Below, piece by piece: positions 63,001 to 64,000 of a DNA stretch of 64,000 bases. A program made the position numbers and the translations under genes. The notes under the pieces were generated by a model that was given only the letters and a program-made list of their open reading frames with translations, was not told where the DNA came from and did not search any database. Position 1 is the first letter of the stretch, and every line of letters starts with the position of its first letter. The stretch lies in contig OZ024744.1 of assembly GCA_964016885.1 (NCBI GenBank), positions 134,354,001 to 134,418,000 of the forward strand. The letters run 5' to 3'. Origin of the DNA: Eledone cirrhosa. Lineage: Eukaryota.

Positions 63001-64000
63001 AATTTAAGTTGGGGTTAAGTTAAGTTGGGGTCAAGTTAAGTTGGGGTTAAGTTGGGGTTAAGTTAAGTTAGGTTTAAGTTAAGTTGGGGTTAAGTTAAGT
63101 TGGGGTTAAGTTAAGTTTGGGTTAAGTTAAGTTGGGGTTAAGTTAAGTTGGGGTTAAGTTAATTTGTGGTTAAGTTAAGTTGGGGTTAAGTTAAGTTGGG
63201 GTTAAGTTAAGTTGGGGTTAAGTTAAATCGGGGTTAAGTTAAGTTGGGGTTAAGTTAAGTTGGGGTTAATTTAAGTTGGGGTTAAGTTAAGTTGGGGTTA
63301 AGTTAAGTTGGGGTTAAATTAAGTTGGGGTTAAGTTAAGTTGGGGTTAAGTCAAGTTGGGGTTAAGTTAAGTTGGGGATAAGTTAAGTTGGGGATAATTT
63401 AAGTTGGGGTTAAGTTAAGTTGGGTTTAAGTTATGTTGGGGTTAAGTTAAGTTGGGGTTAAGTTAAGTTGGGGTTAAGTTAAGTTGGGGTTAAGTTAAGT
63501 TGGGGTTAAGTTAAGTTGTGGCTAAGTTAAGTTGGGGCTGAGTTAAGTTGGGGTTAAGTTAAGTTGGGCTTAATTTAAGTTGGGGTTAAGTTAAGTTAGG
63601 GTTCAGTTAAGTTGGGGTTAAGTTAAGTTGGGGTTAAGTTAAGTTGGGGTTAAGTTAAGTCGGGGTTAAGTTAAGTTGGGGTTAAGTTAAGTTGGGGTTA
63701 AGTTAAGTCGGGGTTAAGTTAAGTTGGGGTTAAGTTAAGTTGGGGTTAATTTAAGTTGGGGTTAAGTTAAGTTGGGGTTAAGTTAAGTTGGGGTTAAGTT
63801 AAGATGGGGTTAATTTAAGTTGGGGTTAAGTTAAGTTGAGGTTAAGTTAAGTTGGGGTTAAATTAAGTTGGGGTTAAGTTAAGTTGGGGTTAAGTCAAGT
63901 TGGGGTTAAGTTAAGTTGGGGATAAGTTAAGTTGGGGATAATTTAAGTTGGGTTTAAGTTAAGTTGGGGTTAAGTTGAGTTGGGGTTAAGTTAAGTTGGG
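54600..64000 (+). repeat. Tandem duplication of a ~5.33-kb block, second copy running off the window end
   Basis: Offset 5,334 at GTAAAG 55212/60546, ACGT 56574/61908, TTTGGG 57784/63118 and AAATCGG 57895/63229. Start approximate. Confidence 0.8.
59529..61907 (+). repeat. Representative intact higher-order repeat unit, 2,379 bp = 150 monomers
   Basis: Interval between successive TTACGTT landmark variants (A at 59529 and 61908). It contains four 11-bp monomers and one 15-bp monomer: 145x16+4x11+15=2379. The same ordered series of variants recurs across the window (ACGT, GGTG, TTAATTAA, TTCAG, GGGTAT, TAGGTTT, AATTTGTGG, GTCAAG, GGGAT, GGGCTT, TAGGGTTC, GGGACTG, GGAGTTTAT, TTGAG cluster). Confidence 0.85.

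Larger units (their letters stand above)
1..64000 (+). repeat. Tandem satellite array, 16-bp monomer TTAAGTTAAGTTGGGG (~4,000 copies), telomere-like G-rich strand on +; extends beyond both window ends
   Basis: Read directly: the consensus repeats head-to-tail throughout, with scattered substitution variants. Consensus composition is T6 A4 G6 C0 (37.5% GC, extreme strand skew). No unique sequence or inverted (CCCCAA) segment was seen. Confidence 0.99.

Noticed and set aside
555-63670. CENP-B box or similar defined centromere protein motif at CpG variants
   Set aside because: No match to the TTCG....A..CGGG core was seen. Centromeric function cannot be inferred from sequence alone.
1-64000. 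Protein-coding ORF or repeat-encoded peptide on either strand
   Set aside because: TTAA is palindromic and occurs twice per 16-bp monomer, so TAA appears in all six frames every 21-27 nt of consensus. The common TTGAG variant still gives TGA on +. The few ATGs (AAGATGGGG) reach a stop within a few codons.
1-64000. CRISPR array or other repeat-spacer system
   Set aside because: There are no unique spacers, leader or cas genes; monomers are directly adjacent.
1-64000. Actively telomerase-synthesised terminal tract
   Set aside because: Variant monomers are copied in fixed kb-scale order, which requires DNA-templated duplication, and no chromosome end is visible in the window.
1-64000. Variants as random sequencing error, or the array as a synthetic/low-complexity artefact
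   Set aside because: Variants recur in identical order at exact offsets, and homopolymer indels were not seen, which is unlike sequencing noise. Mis-assembly of individual large duplicates remains possible.
1-64000. Variant pattern as an encoded message or programmed diversification system
   Set aside because: The pattern is adequately explained by point mutation plus nested tandem duplication. No template, enzyme gene or readout mechanism is present.

Overview
The whole 64 kb window is one uninterrupted, single-orientation tandem satellite. The 16-bp consensus monomer is TTAAG-TTAAG-TTGGGG (reverse strand CCCCAACTTAACTTAA), about 4,000 copies, running off both window edges. I see no gene, RNA gene, CRISPR array or transposon: TAA stops fall in all six frames every 21-27 nt of consensus sequence. 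The information lies in the variant monomers. They recur in a fixed order, defining a higher-order repeat (HOR) of about 2.2-2.4 kb; one intact example is exactly 150 monomers (2,379 bp). The HOR has been re-amplified by nested tandem duplications with offsets of 427, 608, 1,595, 3,894, 4,668, 5,334, 5,585, 5,766 and 16,888/19,091 bp, each measured between rare diagnostic variants. The monomer is telomere-like (G-rich strand, TTGGGG, G4 tracts), but the architecture points to recombination-driven expansion rather than telomerase synthesis. It is most likely eukaryotic (sub)telomeric or (peri)centromeric satellite DNA. Organism and chromosomal position cannot be determined from this window. Duplication boundaries are approximate because they were read by eye.
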